From contig CAXXNW010000001.1 of assembly GCA_963663125.2 (NCBI GenBank), forward strand, positions 253,497 through 317,496: 64,000 nucleotides of DNA, written 5' to 3'. A program made the position numbers and the translations under genes. Positions 10,717-20,180 of this stretch are shown here, piece by piece. Below the pieces are notes generated by a model, which made no database searches, was not told where the DNA came from, and saw only the letters and a program-made list of their open reading frames with translations. Positions within the stretch are counted from its first letter, which is position 1, and every line of letters starts with the position of its first letter. Origin of the DNA: Bacteroidales bacterium. GTDB taxonomy: Bacteria > Bacteroidota > Bacteroidia > Bacteroidales > Cfx3-03.

Positions 10717-10794
10717 AATTCCAAAGGGATAATATGATTATAACAAAAAGGCATGTTAATTTCAAGAATTCTGGGGAGATAATATGATTATACC
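10717..10794 (+). promoter_or_regulatory. two ~28-bp direct repeats exactly 50 bp apart upstream of the GH20 gene
   Basis: The repeats are AATTCC-aaa-GGGATAATATGATTATAAC (10717-10744) and AATTCT-ggg-GAGATAATATGATTATACC (10767-10794). They share a 15-bp perfect core, GATAATATGATTATA. Confidence 0.4.
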
Positions 10795-10878
10795 AACATA
10801 ATTCTAAAACAGGAATAATAAAAAAGCAATACTTTTGAATAAGTTTATCGGATCAACCAATCAATCAACAATCTTTTT

Positions 10879-13185
10879 ATGAAGTATTCATTTTTCTTCT
10901 CCATTTGCCTTTTAGCATTCACGTTCCAATCTTTTGCACAATCAAACGTGTCATTGGTTCCTATCCCTGCATCCATTTCGACCCAGGAAGGAAAATTCAC
11001 ATTCACATCCAGAACGAAAATATTTCTTCAAACAAAAGATGCAGAGATATTAAATGCAATAGAACCATTGTGTACTAAACTAAAAGATGCAGCAGGATTA
11101 GATCTGGCAATCTCAAAAAAAGCAAAAAACAGAGCATCTATAATAATTAGTTTAGATAACACAATCAGACATGAAGAAGGTTATGTACTGAAAGTCACAA
11201 AGAACAACATTGAGCTAAAAGCCAGGACCGCTGCCGGAATTTTCTATGGTGTGCAAACCCTATTACAACTATTACCGGTAGAGATTGAAGCCCAAACACT
11301 TCAGGATGGGATAACATGGAGTGTTCCATGCGTTGATATTACCGATGCGCCAAGATTTTCATATCGGGGAGTCATGTTGGATGTTGCTCGTCATTATCAG
11401 CCTATACCATTTATTAAAAAATTGATCGACTTATTAGCAATGCAAAAGATGAATCGCTTACATATCCATTTAACGGATAGTCAGGGTTGGCGTTTTGAGA
11501 GTAAAAAGTATCCGAAACTCACACTGATTGGCGCATATAGAAAAGGAACGCCTTTAAATACGACATACGACTATAGCTCCCGTCCCCAAGATACTTTGTA
11601 TGGCGGATATTATACACAGGCAGAGTTGAAAGACATTGTAAACTACGCTGCAACGAAATTCATCACCATCATTCCAGAGATAGAGATGCCTGCACATTCC
11701 AAATCTGCATTGGCTTCATATCCTGAGTTCGCATGTTTAGACAGTACCGGACGCCCATTTGCTTATCCACAAATGATACAAGACGAATACTGCACCAAAG
11801 ATTCCACCTTTACATTCCTAACCGATATATTAGAAGAGGTAATGAACGTCTTCCCATCGAAATATATTCATATAGCAGGTGATGAAGCCAGTAAAGTAAA
11901 CTGGAAGACCTGTAAGATTTGCCAGCAAAGGATGAAAGACGAAGGATTGAAGAACGTGGAAGAGCTGCAAAGCTACTTTATCAAGCGTATTGAAAAATTT
12001 GTAAATAGCAAAGGAAGAAATATCATCGGCTGGGACGAAATATTACAAGGTGGACTAGCCCCCAACGCTACCGTGATGAGCTGGACGGGAATCGAAGGAG
12101 GAATCAAAGCAGCAAAAGAACATCATCATGTGATCATGACACCCGGTAATTATTGCTATCTGGACCATTATCAATCAAATGAGTCAGGAGAACCTGCAGC
12201 GTTCGGAGCGTATACTCCACTGGAAGAAGCGTACAGCTACAACCCGATCCCCGCAGAACTGAATGAAGAAGAAAGCAAATATATCATAGGCGTACAGGGA
12301 AACCTATGGACTGAAAATTTTAACACACCGGCACTCTGCGAGTATATGATATTTCCAAGAGCCATTGCACTGGCAGAAACCGGCTGGAGCAAAAATGAGT
12401 TAAAGAATTTCGACAGTTTCATTTTAAGAACGGCAACTCATCTGAAGAGATTGGATTATCATCAGGTAAATTACAGTAAACATCTGTTTGAATTAAAATT
12501 CAGAACAGAGATAAATCATGAAGGTCATATAACAGTCTCTATTCATGGCGTGCCGAAGGAATACAATATTCACTACACTTTAGACGGAAGCATTCCAAAC
12601 GTCTCCTCCCCCATTTATCATACGCCCATATCAATCATCAATAATGCAATATTAACCGCCGCGGTTCTGATTGACGGAGCGGTTGTAGATCAGATGAAAA
12701 AAACATTTTCATTGAATAAAGCGACCGGGAAACCTGTGACATTAAAAACCTTACCCAGCCAAAGCTACAACAAGGGTGGCTATAACGCATGGGTCAATGG
12801 AAGTTTCGGAGGTGACAATAGTTTTAATGATGATGAATGGTTAGGATGGGAAGGGCATATCTTTGAAGGCACCATTAACTTTGAAAAGCCTACAACGATC
12901 AGTTCATTACGTACACGTTTCTTCCATCGTCCTCCAAGCTGGATATGGACGGCGAAGAAGGTCACGTTACAAACATCCGATGACGGTATAAACTTCAAAC
13001 CGATACTTGAAAAAGAGGTAATGCTCCCCACAACTTATGGAGCAAGTCCATTCGAAGCATCCTGGACACCAATCACCACAACCCATTTAAGAATCATTGT
13101 CGAACCCTGGGGTAATATTCCGAAAGGTAATCCCGGCGAAGGCACTCCGGCATGGCTCTTTGTAGATGAGATGGTGGTGGGATAA
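10879..13185 (+). CDS. beta-N-acetylhexosaminidase (GH20) with C-terminal carbohydrate-binding-like domains
   Basis: Signal peptide present. 'HIHLTDSQGWR' and 'IHIAGDE' are GH20 catalytic-region motifs. Confidence 0.9.
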   Translation: MKYSFFFSICLLAFTFQSFAQSNVSLVPIPASISTQEGKFTFTSRTKIFLQTKDAEILNAIEPLCTKLKDAAGLDLAISKKAKNRASIIISLDNTIRHEEGYVLKVTKNNIELKARTAAGIFYGVQTLLQLLPVEIEAQTLQDGITWSVPCVDITDAPRFSYRGVMLDVARHYQPIPFIKKLIDLLAMQKMNRLHIHLTDSQGWRFESKKYPKLTLIGAYRKGTPLNTTYDYSSRPQDTLYGGYYTQAELKDIVNYAATKFITIIPEIEMPAHSKSALASYPEFACLDSTGRPFAYPQMIQDEYCTKDSTFTFLTDILEEVMNVFPSKYIHIAGDEASKVNWKTCKICQQRMKDEGLKNVEELQSYFIKRIEKFVNSKGRNIIGWDEILQGGLAPNATVMSWTGIEGGIKAAKEHHHVIMTPGNYCYLDHYQSNESGEPAAFGAYTPLEEAYSYNPIPAELNEEESKYIIGVQGNLWTENFNTPALCEYMIFPRAIALAETGWSKNELKNFDSFILRTATHLKRLDYHQVNYSKHLFELKFRTEINHEGHITVSIHGVPKEYNIHYTLDGSIPNVSSPIYHTPISIINNAILTAAVLIDGAVVDQMKKTFSLNKATGKPVTLKTLPSQSYNKGGYNAWVNGSFGGDNSFNDDEWLGWEGHIFEGTINFEKPTTISSLRTRFFHRPPSWIWTAKKVTLQTSDDGINFKPILEKEVMLPTTYGASPFEASWTPITTTHLRIIVEPWGNIPKGNPGEGTPAWLFVDEMVVG

Positions 13186-13229
13186 CAGTACATCGTTATA
13201 AAATCGTTCAAAAGGCCAAAGGGAGTGAG

Positions 13230-14390
13230 TTATTTAAAACGGGATGGCGTTAGTTTTATCAAAAAAATAATTACAAGAAAAACAACGACTGCAAAAGCAA
13301 GCCAGAGGACATTATAATTTGTCCGCGACAGTATAAATCCGCCTAATGCAGTACCGACGCCTCCACCTCCGAAAAGCCCAAGCCCTATCAAAGCGGAAGG
13401 CAAACCTTTCGCTTCCGATTTAACTTCAAAAGCGCTGGTTGCCAATGTAGATTGAATGAAAATGTATCCCATTCCCAACAGAACTGTTAACACACAACTT
13501 ATCAGCCATTGATTAAAGAAGATAAGTAGTAATGCTGAGGTTAATCCCAAGGTATATCCCAGAATCAATAGATACTTTCTGCTTTTTTTCACCGAGAGTT
13601 TGCCTACGAACCATCCGGCCAGCAAGCATGCGAAGCCGAAAAGCATTACTGTTAAACCGACCTGTAGATAATTCAGGCCGCCAACTTCATGAAAGTATGC
13701 ACCTAAATAGCTATAAAGACCTAATAACAAAAAGCCGGTTATAAAAGCCATCGGAAAGATAAAAGAACCTTTTTTACTCCATAAAGCCGCTTTCACCTCT
13801 TTGAGAAAATTAAGATGATCCTTTTGTACGATCGTTTTAGGCAATAGCTTCAATGAGAGAGCAGAACAAACGGCAATGAAAGAAAACAAAGCAAAAATAA
13901 GTCGCCAATTTAAAAATTTAATCAATAATCCGCCAATACCGACACTTAATCCCTGACCCAAAAAAACGATTCCCATAAATCTGCCTACATAAACCTGCCT
14001 TTCTCCGGGTGGGATCTTATCTCCGATCAATGCCAGAGAAACAGCAATGATGCCGGCAGCAAAGAAGCCGGTCAATGCACGCCACAAGCATAAGGCATGA
14101 AACGATGTGGAGAGGCTGCATCCGAGCGTTCCGATAGCTAATGCCGTCACAATTACCCTCAAAACCTTCGATTTATCATGACGGTCGCTTATAAAACCAT
14201 ACACAGGCTGCATCAAACCGTAAGGAATCATGTAAGCGGTAAGAATAATGCCGGCAGTTGGAATGGTAATGTTAAATCCTTTCGCCAAGGCAGGTAAAAT
14301 AGGTGCGACAATCCAATTGTCGGCCGCAGATACAAAACCGGCCAATCCTAATATATAAACAAGCTTTTTATTTACTTTGTTCCTTTCCAT
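13230..14390 (-). CDS. MFS transporter
   Basis: 386 aa, about 12 hydrophobic segments, and an MFS-like 'GFISDRHDKSKV' loop. Confidence 0.8.
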   Translation of the reverse strand: MERNKVNKKLVYILGLAGFVSAADNWIVAPILPALAKGFNITIPTAGIILTAYMIPYGLMQPVYGFISDRHDKSKVLRVIVTALAIGTLGCSLSTSFHALCLWRALTGFFAAGIIAVSLALIGDKIPPGERQVYVGRFMGIVFLGQGLSVGIGGLLIKFLNWRLIFALFSFIAVCSALSLKLLPKTIVQKDHLNFLKEVKAALWSKKGSFIFPMAFITGFLLLGLYSYLGAYFHEVGGLNYLQVGLTVMLFGFACLLAGWFVGKLSVKKSRKYLLILGYTLGLTSALLLIFFNQWLISCVLTVLLGMGYIFIQSTLATSAFEVKSEAKGLPSALIGLGLFGGGGVGTALGGFILSRTNYNVLWLAFAVVVFLVIIFLIKLTPSRFK

Positions 14391-14836
14391 TCGAGAAGTG
14401 TTATGCGGGGATAAAAGTCCAAATGTCTATAAAATTCCAGAACACTTTCATGTCCATAACTAACGCCAAGCCTTATAGTATGGCAATTTTTGTTTTTTAA
14501 CCATTCCATACTTTTTTCCATTAGCGTTTTTCCTATTCCGTTTCCACGAAAATCAGATTGAAGGAATAATGAATCAATCTCGCCGGATAAATCTTCTTTA
14601 ATTACTGATACACAATAACATACTGCAATATTCTTTTCCGTTTCAGCCACAAGAACATGAATATCATTTTCCGGCATATATTTCCACCGGCCAATTCTTT
14701 TTTCGAAAGTAAAAGTCGCATAATGATCTTTGAAAAACGCAGAATCGCCCAGATGTATTTTATTTAATTCCTCCCAAAGCGGTTTAATTTCATCTAATTG
14801 AAGTTGGGTCAATTCTCGATAACCTACTGCTTGCAT
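14372..14836 (-). CDS. GNAT-family N-acetyltransferase
   Basis: 'FRGNGIGKTLM' acetyl-CoA-binding motif. It overlaps the MFS start by 19 nt. Confidence 0.8.
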   Translation of the reverse strand: MQAVGYRELTQLQLDEIKPLWEELNKIHLGDSAFFKDHYATFTFEKRIGRWKYMPENDIHVLVAETEKNIAVCYCVSVIKEDLSGEIDSLFLQSDFRGNGIGKTLMEKSMEWLKNKNCHTIRLGVSYGHESVLEFYRHLDFYPRITLLEWKGTK

Positions 14837-14988
14837 GGTTTCGATTTTACAGCTAACTTGTATTCCGGTCTTAATGGCCCTGCTTATCCTATCATTTATT
14901 AGGATTTACAAATGTACAGAAATTGACAGTGAGAACCAGCAATAACATTTATAGTAGTAGTTACTAATTTCAATTTGCCAAAATAAAT

Positions 14989-16287
14989 CACTACTGTCCA
15001 GTTAAAATAAACTGAGTGACAGTTGGTTACAATTCAGTTCTTTGACATCTTTGTAATCTACATTTGCAAGAAGCTCGTTTACAGGAGTTTTATCAAGAAG
15101 TGATATTCCAATCACCTGTAATATTTCGTAGGTTGACCGTGATATTTTCAACTCATTTCCTATGATTGAAACCAAACAGTAGGTAATAAGTGCACAATAT
15201 ATCTGGATCAAAACAGCATTTTGAGAAGTACCCCAAAAGGATTTTATTTTTAAGTGTTGTTTAATCCATTTGAAAAAGAGTTCTATCTGCCAACGATTTT
15301 TATAGAGCAAAGCTACCTGAGCGGACGTGATATCAAAATTATTGGTGAGGTAAATGAATGTTCGATTGGTTTGTTCATCGTGAAATTTAACTCTGCGAAG
15401 TTTGTCTGGATACTTTTTGGAGATGTAAAATCCTTTCAGTTTTCCAATTTGGTCACATAATACACCAGAACTCTTATCAATCTTTTGGGAATACATCCTG
15501 TTAAATTGAAGATTTGATTTTGCACGGATAACAAAAAAAGCTGAGTGCTGTGTGATCTTGAATAGCCTCGTGTAATCGATATAACCTCTGTCAAAGATGT
15601 AATATGCACTTTGCTCATAGTTGAGATAATCCATTGCGTTGACATCATTCACTGTGGCTGGAGTAATATGCACGAAAGCAGGTATTTGAGTTGTAATGTC
15701 AAAAAGAGTATGTAGTTTTATTCCTCCTTTTGCTTTACGAAACTTTGCCCACCAGAAGACGCTCAAGCAAAGATCAATGGTTGATGAGTCAAAAGCATAT
15801 ACTGTTCCTTTGATCTCAAAATCATCATTAGCTCTGTTCCTTCTGGCTACATCAATTAGATGATAAGCAAACTCTTCAAATATTTTGCTATTTCTCTTTT
15901 CATTGGCTTTAGCCAGATTGCTCCTGGTAACGTTTTTACCAAAACCAAGATGATAGGATTTGTTACTATGAGCATCCAGTGCAACTAATAAATCTCGAAG
16001 ACTATCCCGATTGGTGAGTTGTCCAAAGAGCATGCAAAGCAATTGGTTCCAGCAGGTGAAATGCTTGACATACTTATTGCCTTCATACTTTTCAACTATA
16101 CGATCGAAAATCCGTTGAGGGAGAAATTCAACTATCTGTGCGAACACATATTTGCCTTGATTCATTGTTGGGTATTAATTTTCCAACGAACATAATCAAT
16201 TCAAATCGTCACGCTACAAAATAGCTTGCATAATATAGATTCTCAATGATTTCAAAGAACAATTTTTATTTTAACTGGACAGTAGTG
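14989..16287 (-). mobile_element. intact IS4-family insertion sequence (1299 bp)
   Basis: 23-bp perfect terminal inverted repeats cactactgtccagttaaaataaa sit at 14989-15011 and 16265-16287. A 9-bp direct target duplication aaaataaat sits at 14980-14988 and 16288-16296. Confidence 0.88.
15002..16165 (-). CDS. IS4-family DDE transposase (DUF4372-type N-terminus)
   Basis: 387 aa. The N-terminal 'KYVFAQIVEFLP...FDRIV' is typical of Bacteroidota IS4 transposases. The DDE core has 'YAFDSSTIDL', 'YIFDRGY' and 'RWQIELFFKWIKQ'. Confidence 0.9.
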   Translation of the reverse strand: MNQGKYVFAQIVEFLPQRIFDRIVEKYEGNKYVKHFTCWNQLLCMLFGQLTNRDSLRDLLVALDAHSNKSYHLGFGKNVTRSNLAKANEKRNSKIFEEFAYHLIDVARRNRANDDFEIKGTVYAFDSSTIDLCLSVFWWAKFRKAKGGIKLHTLFDITTQIPAFVHITPATVNDVNAMDYLNYEQSAYYIFDRGYIDYTRLFKITQHSAFFVIRAKSNLQFNRMYSQKIDKSSGVLCDQIGKLKGFYISKKYPDKLRRVKFHDEQTNRTFIYLTNNFDITSAQVALLYKNRWQIELFFKWIKQHLKIKSFWGTSQNAVLIQIYCALITYCLVSIIGNELKISRSTYEILQVIGISLLDKTPVNELLANVDYKDVKELNCNQLSLSLF

Positions 16288-16361
16288 AAAATAAATAAGT
16301 ATTTACTGCATTAAATTGAATAAAAAACAATTGTAACTTTGGTTAAAGATTATCAAAATAA

Positions 16362-16844
16362 ATGGAAGTATTTTTGACAGATAAAGAGATACAGGAACTT
16401 ATCAGCGAACGAAAGCAAATGACTATTACTCCAGACGAGTTGTTTCGGAATATGAGAGATAAAAGAGGACATAAGGGATCTGAACATTTCATTGAACGAT
16501 CGGATGGTAGCTCATTTGTGTTAAAAGTTCGCTTAAGTAATGAAAACCTTCTTGACTTTTCAGCAATTTTAGGTTTTATTCCATCAAAATCGACTAAACT
16601 ATTTTTGTTAAAGAGGTACAATGGGAAAAGCCATGAACACCGAAATAAGCTGGAAAAGACAAATGGCTTTTATGATTTTCATATACATACAGCAACGGAG
16701 CGTTATCAAAGAGAAGGTGTAAAAGAAGAATATTTTGCCGAAGTCACAGACAGATATTCTACCGTTCAGGAGGCATTGAATTGTTTGATAAATGATTGCA
16801 ATGTAGTATTACCTCAAAATTCACAACTCAATTTGGAAATTTAA
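16362..16844 (+). CDS. hypothetical protein (160 aa)
   Basis: ORF with a 3-nt gap to the next gene. It has a His-rich segment 'GKSHEHRN...FHIHTATERYQ'. I recognise no family. Confidence 0.5.
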   Translation: MEVFLTDKEIQELISERKQMTITPDELFRNMRDKRGHKGSEHFIERSDGSSFVLKVRLSNENLLDFSAILGFIPSKSTKLFLLKRYNGKSHEHRNKLEKTNGFYDFHIHTATERYQREGVKEEYFAEVTDRYSTVQEALNCLINDCNVVLPQNSQLNLEI

Positions 16845-16847
16845 CAA

Positions 16848-17621
16848 ATGGAAATAACGCAAATAGAAAAAGAATTTAAAGAAAAGGTTTGCAAGGAAAT
16901 TCGATTGCATCAAGAAGGCATTGACCGGTTCAGAGTTTTCACTCCTTTTCAATTTGACGATGGTGATTCGTTTGCTATCGTATTGAAAAGAAATAGCGGA
17001 AACTGGATTCTATCGGACGAGGGACATACTTTTATGCACTTGAGTTATGATATGGACATTGATGCATTAGACAAAGGCACAAGGGATAAAATCATCAGCA
17101 CTGTTTTAAATAATTTTGGAATTACAGAAAAAAACGGCATACTACTTTCGCCTTTGGATATTGAGAATATGGGTAATGTTTTTTATAATTATATTCAGGG
17201 GCTAATAAAAATCACTGATGTAAATTATTTAAGCCGTGAGCGAGTAAAATCAACATTCTTTGAAGACTTTAAAATATTTATGGTTCAAAAAGTAGCAATA
17301 GACAGGATTAAGTTCAATTTTCATGATGGACTACACGACCCGCAATCGAAATATCCTATTGATTGCCACATCAACAAAATGGAACGACCTATCTTTGTTT
17401 TTGCTATTGGAAATGAGGATAAATGTAGAGACACCACAATAAGCCTTTTGCAATATGAAAAATGGGGACTTCAATTCAAGTCACTTGCAATTTTTGAAGA
17501 TCAGGAAACTATAAACAGAAAAGTTCTTGCACGTTTCAGTGATGTCTGCGAAAAGCAATTTTCAAGCTTAACTCCGAACAAAGATCGGATTGAAAAATAT
17601 TTAAAAGAGAATGTGGAATAG
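16848..17621 (+). CDS. hypothetical protein (257 aa), possibly DUF1828/DUF1829-like
   Basis: ORF coupled to 16362..16844. The domain guess is from memory of the family architecture only and is not verified. Confidence 0.45.
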   Translation: MEITQIEKEFKEKVCKEIRLHQEGIDRFRVFTPFQFDDGDSFAIVLKRNSGNWILSDEGHTFMHLSYDMDIDALDKGTRDKIISTVLNNFGITEKNGILLSPLDIENMGNVFYNYIQGLIKITDVNYLSRERVKSTFFEDFKIFMVQKVAIDRIKFNFHDGLHDPQSKYPIDCHINKMERPIFVFAIGNEDKCRDTTISLLQYEKWGLQFKSLAIFEDQETINRKVLARFSDVCEKQFSSLTPNKDRIEKYLKENVE

Positions 17622-17756
17622 CCCACCCTATCATCTTAAAAACAAAACATCTCTTTTGATAGTGAATTGAACATTAAGCCAACCCTAAAAGCCATTGAAC
17701 CATATCGGTTAAAAGCACTAATAGGGGAATATTTCACATTGCATAATTAATTAACA

Positions 17757-17778
17757 TGTCCACTTTTCGGAGTGGACA
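17757..17778. repeat. hairpin made of two abutting MITE-type terminal repeats
   Basis: tgtccact-tttcgg-agtggaca. The arms match the MITE ends (gtccacT.cg / cggagtggac). Confidence 0.4.
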
Positions 17779-17786
17779 CAAGGAGA

Positions 17787-18789
17787 GTTAGAATTTATTG
17801 AATTACAATTTATTCTCAAGGTGATAATTTTATACCTTTATCTTCCTCATAGCATATAAATGCCAGCCGTTTAGTAGCAATATTGAAAAAGACAATTCAA
17901 AATTAAATAACTATGAAAAAACTATTTTTTATCATCTCGTCTTTACTATTTTACTATTGTAGCTTTTCACAAGAAACAATCATTCAGGGGAAAGTGATGG
18001 ATTCAGTGACTAATACAGGTTTAAGTTACGTAAATATCGGTATCGCAAAAAAAGGTGTGGGTACTGTATCTGATAAAGATGGCGTATTTAAGTTGAAGCT
18101 AAACGAAAAAACGACTTCGAATGATACGATATTATTTTCTTTTATTGGGTATGAAACACAAAGAGTCTTGGTTTCCGCATTGAAAAATAAAAACACCGTT
18201 ATTTTATTGGAACCCAAAACTACCACTTTAAGTGAGGTTGTTATAAAGCCAAAAAAGTTTAAACTCAAAAAAATAGGAAGAAGTACAGTAGGAGTTGGTT
18301 TAACCTCTATGAACTTTTATTCGTACTATGAGAAAGACGTAGATGATAGATTGAGTAAAGAAAGAGGGATGAAATTAGAATTAAAAAAGGACTGTAGAAT
18401 CAAAGACTTGAACTTTAATATTAAAGCCAATCAATTCAAAAGCTTAAAATTTCGAATTAATTTTTATAAAATCGAAAACGGGTTACCCTCTGATCTAATT
18501 GTGAGTAAAAATATTATTTGTGAAATAAAAGATGGTTATTTAGGTTGGTTTAAAGTTGATTTGGAACCCTATAACATTTGTTTTGACAAAGAGACGAAAG
18601 AAGTTGCCGTTACCATACAATGGGTTGAAAGCAAAAAGATGAACGAACAAAGTAAATTTTTTGATATTTCTTGTGTAATATCACCATTTCATACCTGTTA
18701 TTACAGGGAGAAAGCAATGGATACTTGGACTAAAAATAATGCATGTAGTTTATGTTTTTATTTAACTGCACTGTGTAATTAAAAAAAAC
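17787..18789 (+). repeat. segmental duplication copy 1 (promoter region plus CDS)
   Basis: It aligns colinearly with 20181..21179, starting at 'gttagaa...aattacaatttattctcaa' and ending just after the stop codon. Confidence 0.85.
17913..18782 (+). CDS. secreted CarboxypepD_reg-like domain protein, paralog 1
   Basis: Signal peptide present. 'IIQGKVMDSVTNTGLSYVNIGI...GTVSDKDGVFKL' is typical of the carboxypeptidase regulatory-like domain. Confidence 0.7.
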   Translation: MKKLFFIISSLLFYYCSFSQETIIQGKVMDSVTNTGLSYVNIGIAKKGVGTVSDKDGVFKLKLNEKTTSNDTILFSFIGYETQRVLVSALKNKNTVILLEPKTTTLSEVVIKPKKFKLKKIGRSTVGVGLTSMNFYSYYEKDVDDRLSKERGMKLELKKDCRIKDLNFNIKANQFKSLKFRINFYKIENGLPSDLIVSKNIICEIKDGYLGWFKVDLEPYNICFDKETKEVAVTIQWVESKKMNEQSKFFDISCVISPFHTCYYREKAMDTWTKNNACSLCFYLTALCN

Positions 18790-19218
18790 TGCTACCCAAT
18801 AAAGCATTTCATCCAGAAAGACCCACAAAAGATTTATGATATATTTTCCGGATATATATACATTTATGTAAACATCCGGGTAATCTGCTGAAAAGCTCAA
18901 CAGGAATTTTTCATGATATTCTTGTCAGAATTCAATTGCATAATTGATAAAAATGCTTTGACATAAAACTCCCTCTGTATTTCCACATTACCTTTGCAGA
19001 GAAAGCTAATGTCATTTTTGATAAGAGACACTGGCGTACGAACCCGGCTAATTTAACCACGTTAAGTACCTAAAAGATACAGACAACCTATGGCTCTCTG
19101 GCTCTTCTAAGCCTAGCTTTGATACGATTGAGCCCATAAGAGCCAAACCGGTATTCATTATGTTTTTTTCTTTTAGCAATAAGAGCGTTCGGCTCAGGCC
19201 TTGTCTTTACCATCTTCC

Positions 19219-19998
19219 TTATTTTATATGTCGTTCGGAAGCATAGTTCAGCCAATTCTGCTTAATGGCGAAGTATAAATCATAATTTTTTGAAGTGGTA
19301 ATAAAGCTAACAGAGAAATGGCAGTGTTGCATAAAGTCTTTGATCAGGGCGGGATCTTCCCGACCGATAATCTTTGCAACAATTTCAGCATTAAATTTCC
19401 TGTTGATTAGCGTATCTTTGTTTTCTACTTGTGAAACCTTCACATACTTTTTTCGGCCTTTAGTCTCTTTACTAAACAAATTGTAAATAGCCGAAGCAAT
19501 GCCGATAATTGATATTCCGGATGTGGGGAATGCTCCTATTTCATAACGCGTAATTTTTAATCTTTTTTTCACCTCCATTTCCATGCTGTCTTTTTCAGAT
19601 CGCTTCATAGCAAGAAAGGCTTTTGTAAGTCCCTTACTTGTATTGAAAGGGAAAATGGTAACGGTGGGGAGCAGATAAATCCCTGGAATAAGTCTTATAC
19701 GTAATGAATGTTGAATATTTGCAGAGTCTATATGTCTTGCGACAAAATAAGCGCGTTCATATCCAACAGAACTAAATTGCAGGGTGTCGCCATAACGACA
19801 TAAAATTGAGAAGTTACCAGCCTGGTCGCTAATGGTTCCTGAGGGATAGGTTAAATTTAAAACATGCACATAAGATATACCGCTGGTGTCTTTTAGGGCA
19901 ATGACACGCCCCGTGACGTTGATCAGTTTTTGTTGTTCCTGTGCACTTAGCGTAAAACAAGTTATGAAGATAAAGAAGAATCCTAGCACAATACGCAT
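19219..19998 (-). CDS. secreted CarboxypepD_reg-like domain protein (distant relative of the flanking paralogs)
   Basis: Signal peptide present. 'VTGRVIALKDTSGISYVHVLNL...GTISDQAGNFSI'. Confidence 0.65.
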   Translation of the reverse strand: MRIVLGFFFIFITCFTLSAQEQQKLINVTGRVIALKDTSGISYVHVLNLTYPSGTISDQAGNFSILCRYGDTLQFSSVGYERAYFVARHIDSANIQHSLRIRLIPGIYLLPTVTIFPFNTSKGLTKAFLAMKRSEKDSMEMEVKKRLKITRYEIGAFPTSGISIIGIASAIYNLFSKETKGRKKYVKVSQVENKDTLINRKFNAEIVAKIIGREDPALIKDFMQHCHFSVSFITTSKNYDLYFAIKQNWLNYASERHIK

Positions 19999-20180
19999 AT
20001 AGCCTTGAGTTTAGAAAGTAAATTTACACATTCTTCATATTCTTTAATTTGAGCAGCGCCTGTTTAACAATATTTATGATCACTAAGCGCTCTCAGTAGC
20101 AATCTTAGGAGCAAGTAAACCTCCGGTTAATCGTGCTGAAGAATAACTTACATAGTCATACTACATTCGACTTTATCAAA

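Noticed and set aside
16343-16621. 92-aa minus-strand ORF overlapping the start of the 160-aa hypothetical gene.
   Set aside because: It is antisense to the better-supported, operon-forming plus-strand ORF.
19090-19215. 41-codon basic minus-strand ORF (MVKTRPEPNALIAKRKKHNEYRFGSYGLNRIKARLRRAREP) just downstream of the 259-aa gene. Its 'YG..RI.A.L' segment faintly recalls the N-terminal region of IS3-family OrfB transposases.
   Set aside because: It is too short and the resemblance too weak. There are no adjacent inverted repeats or further transposase-like sequence.
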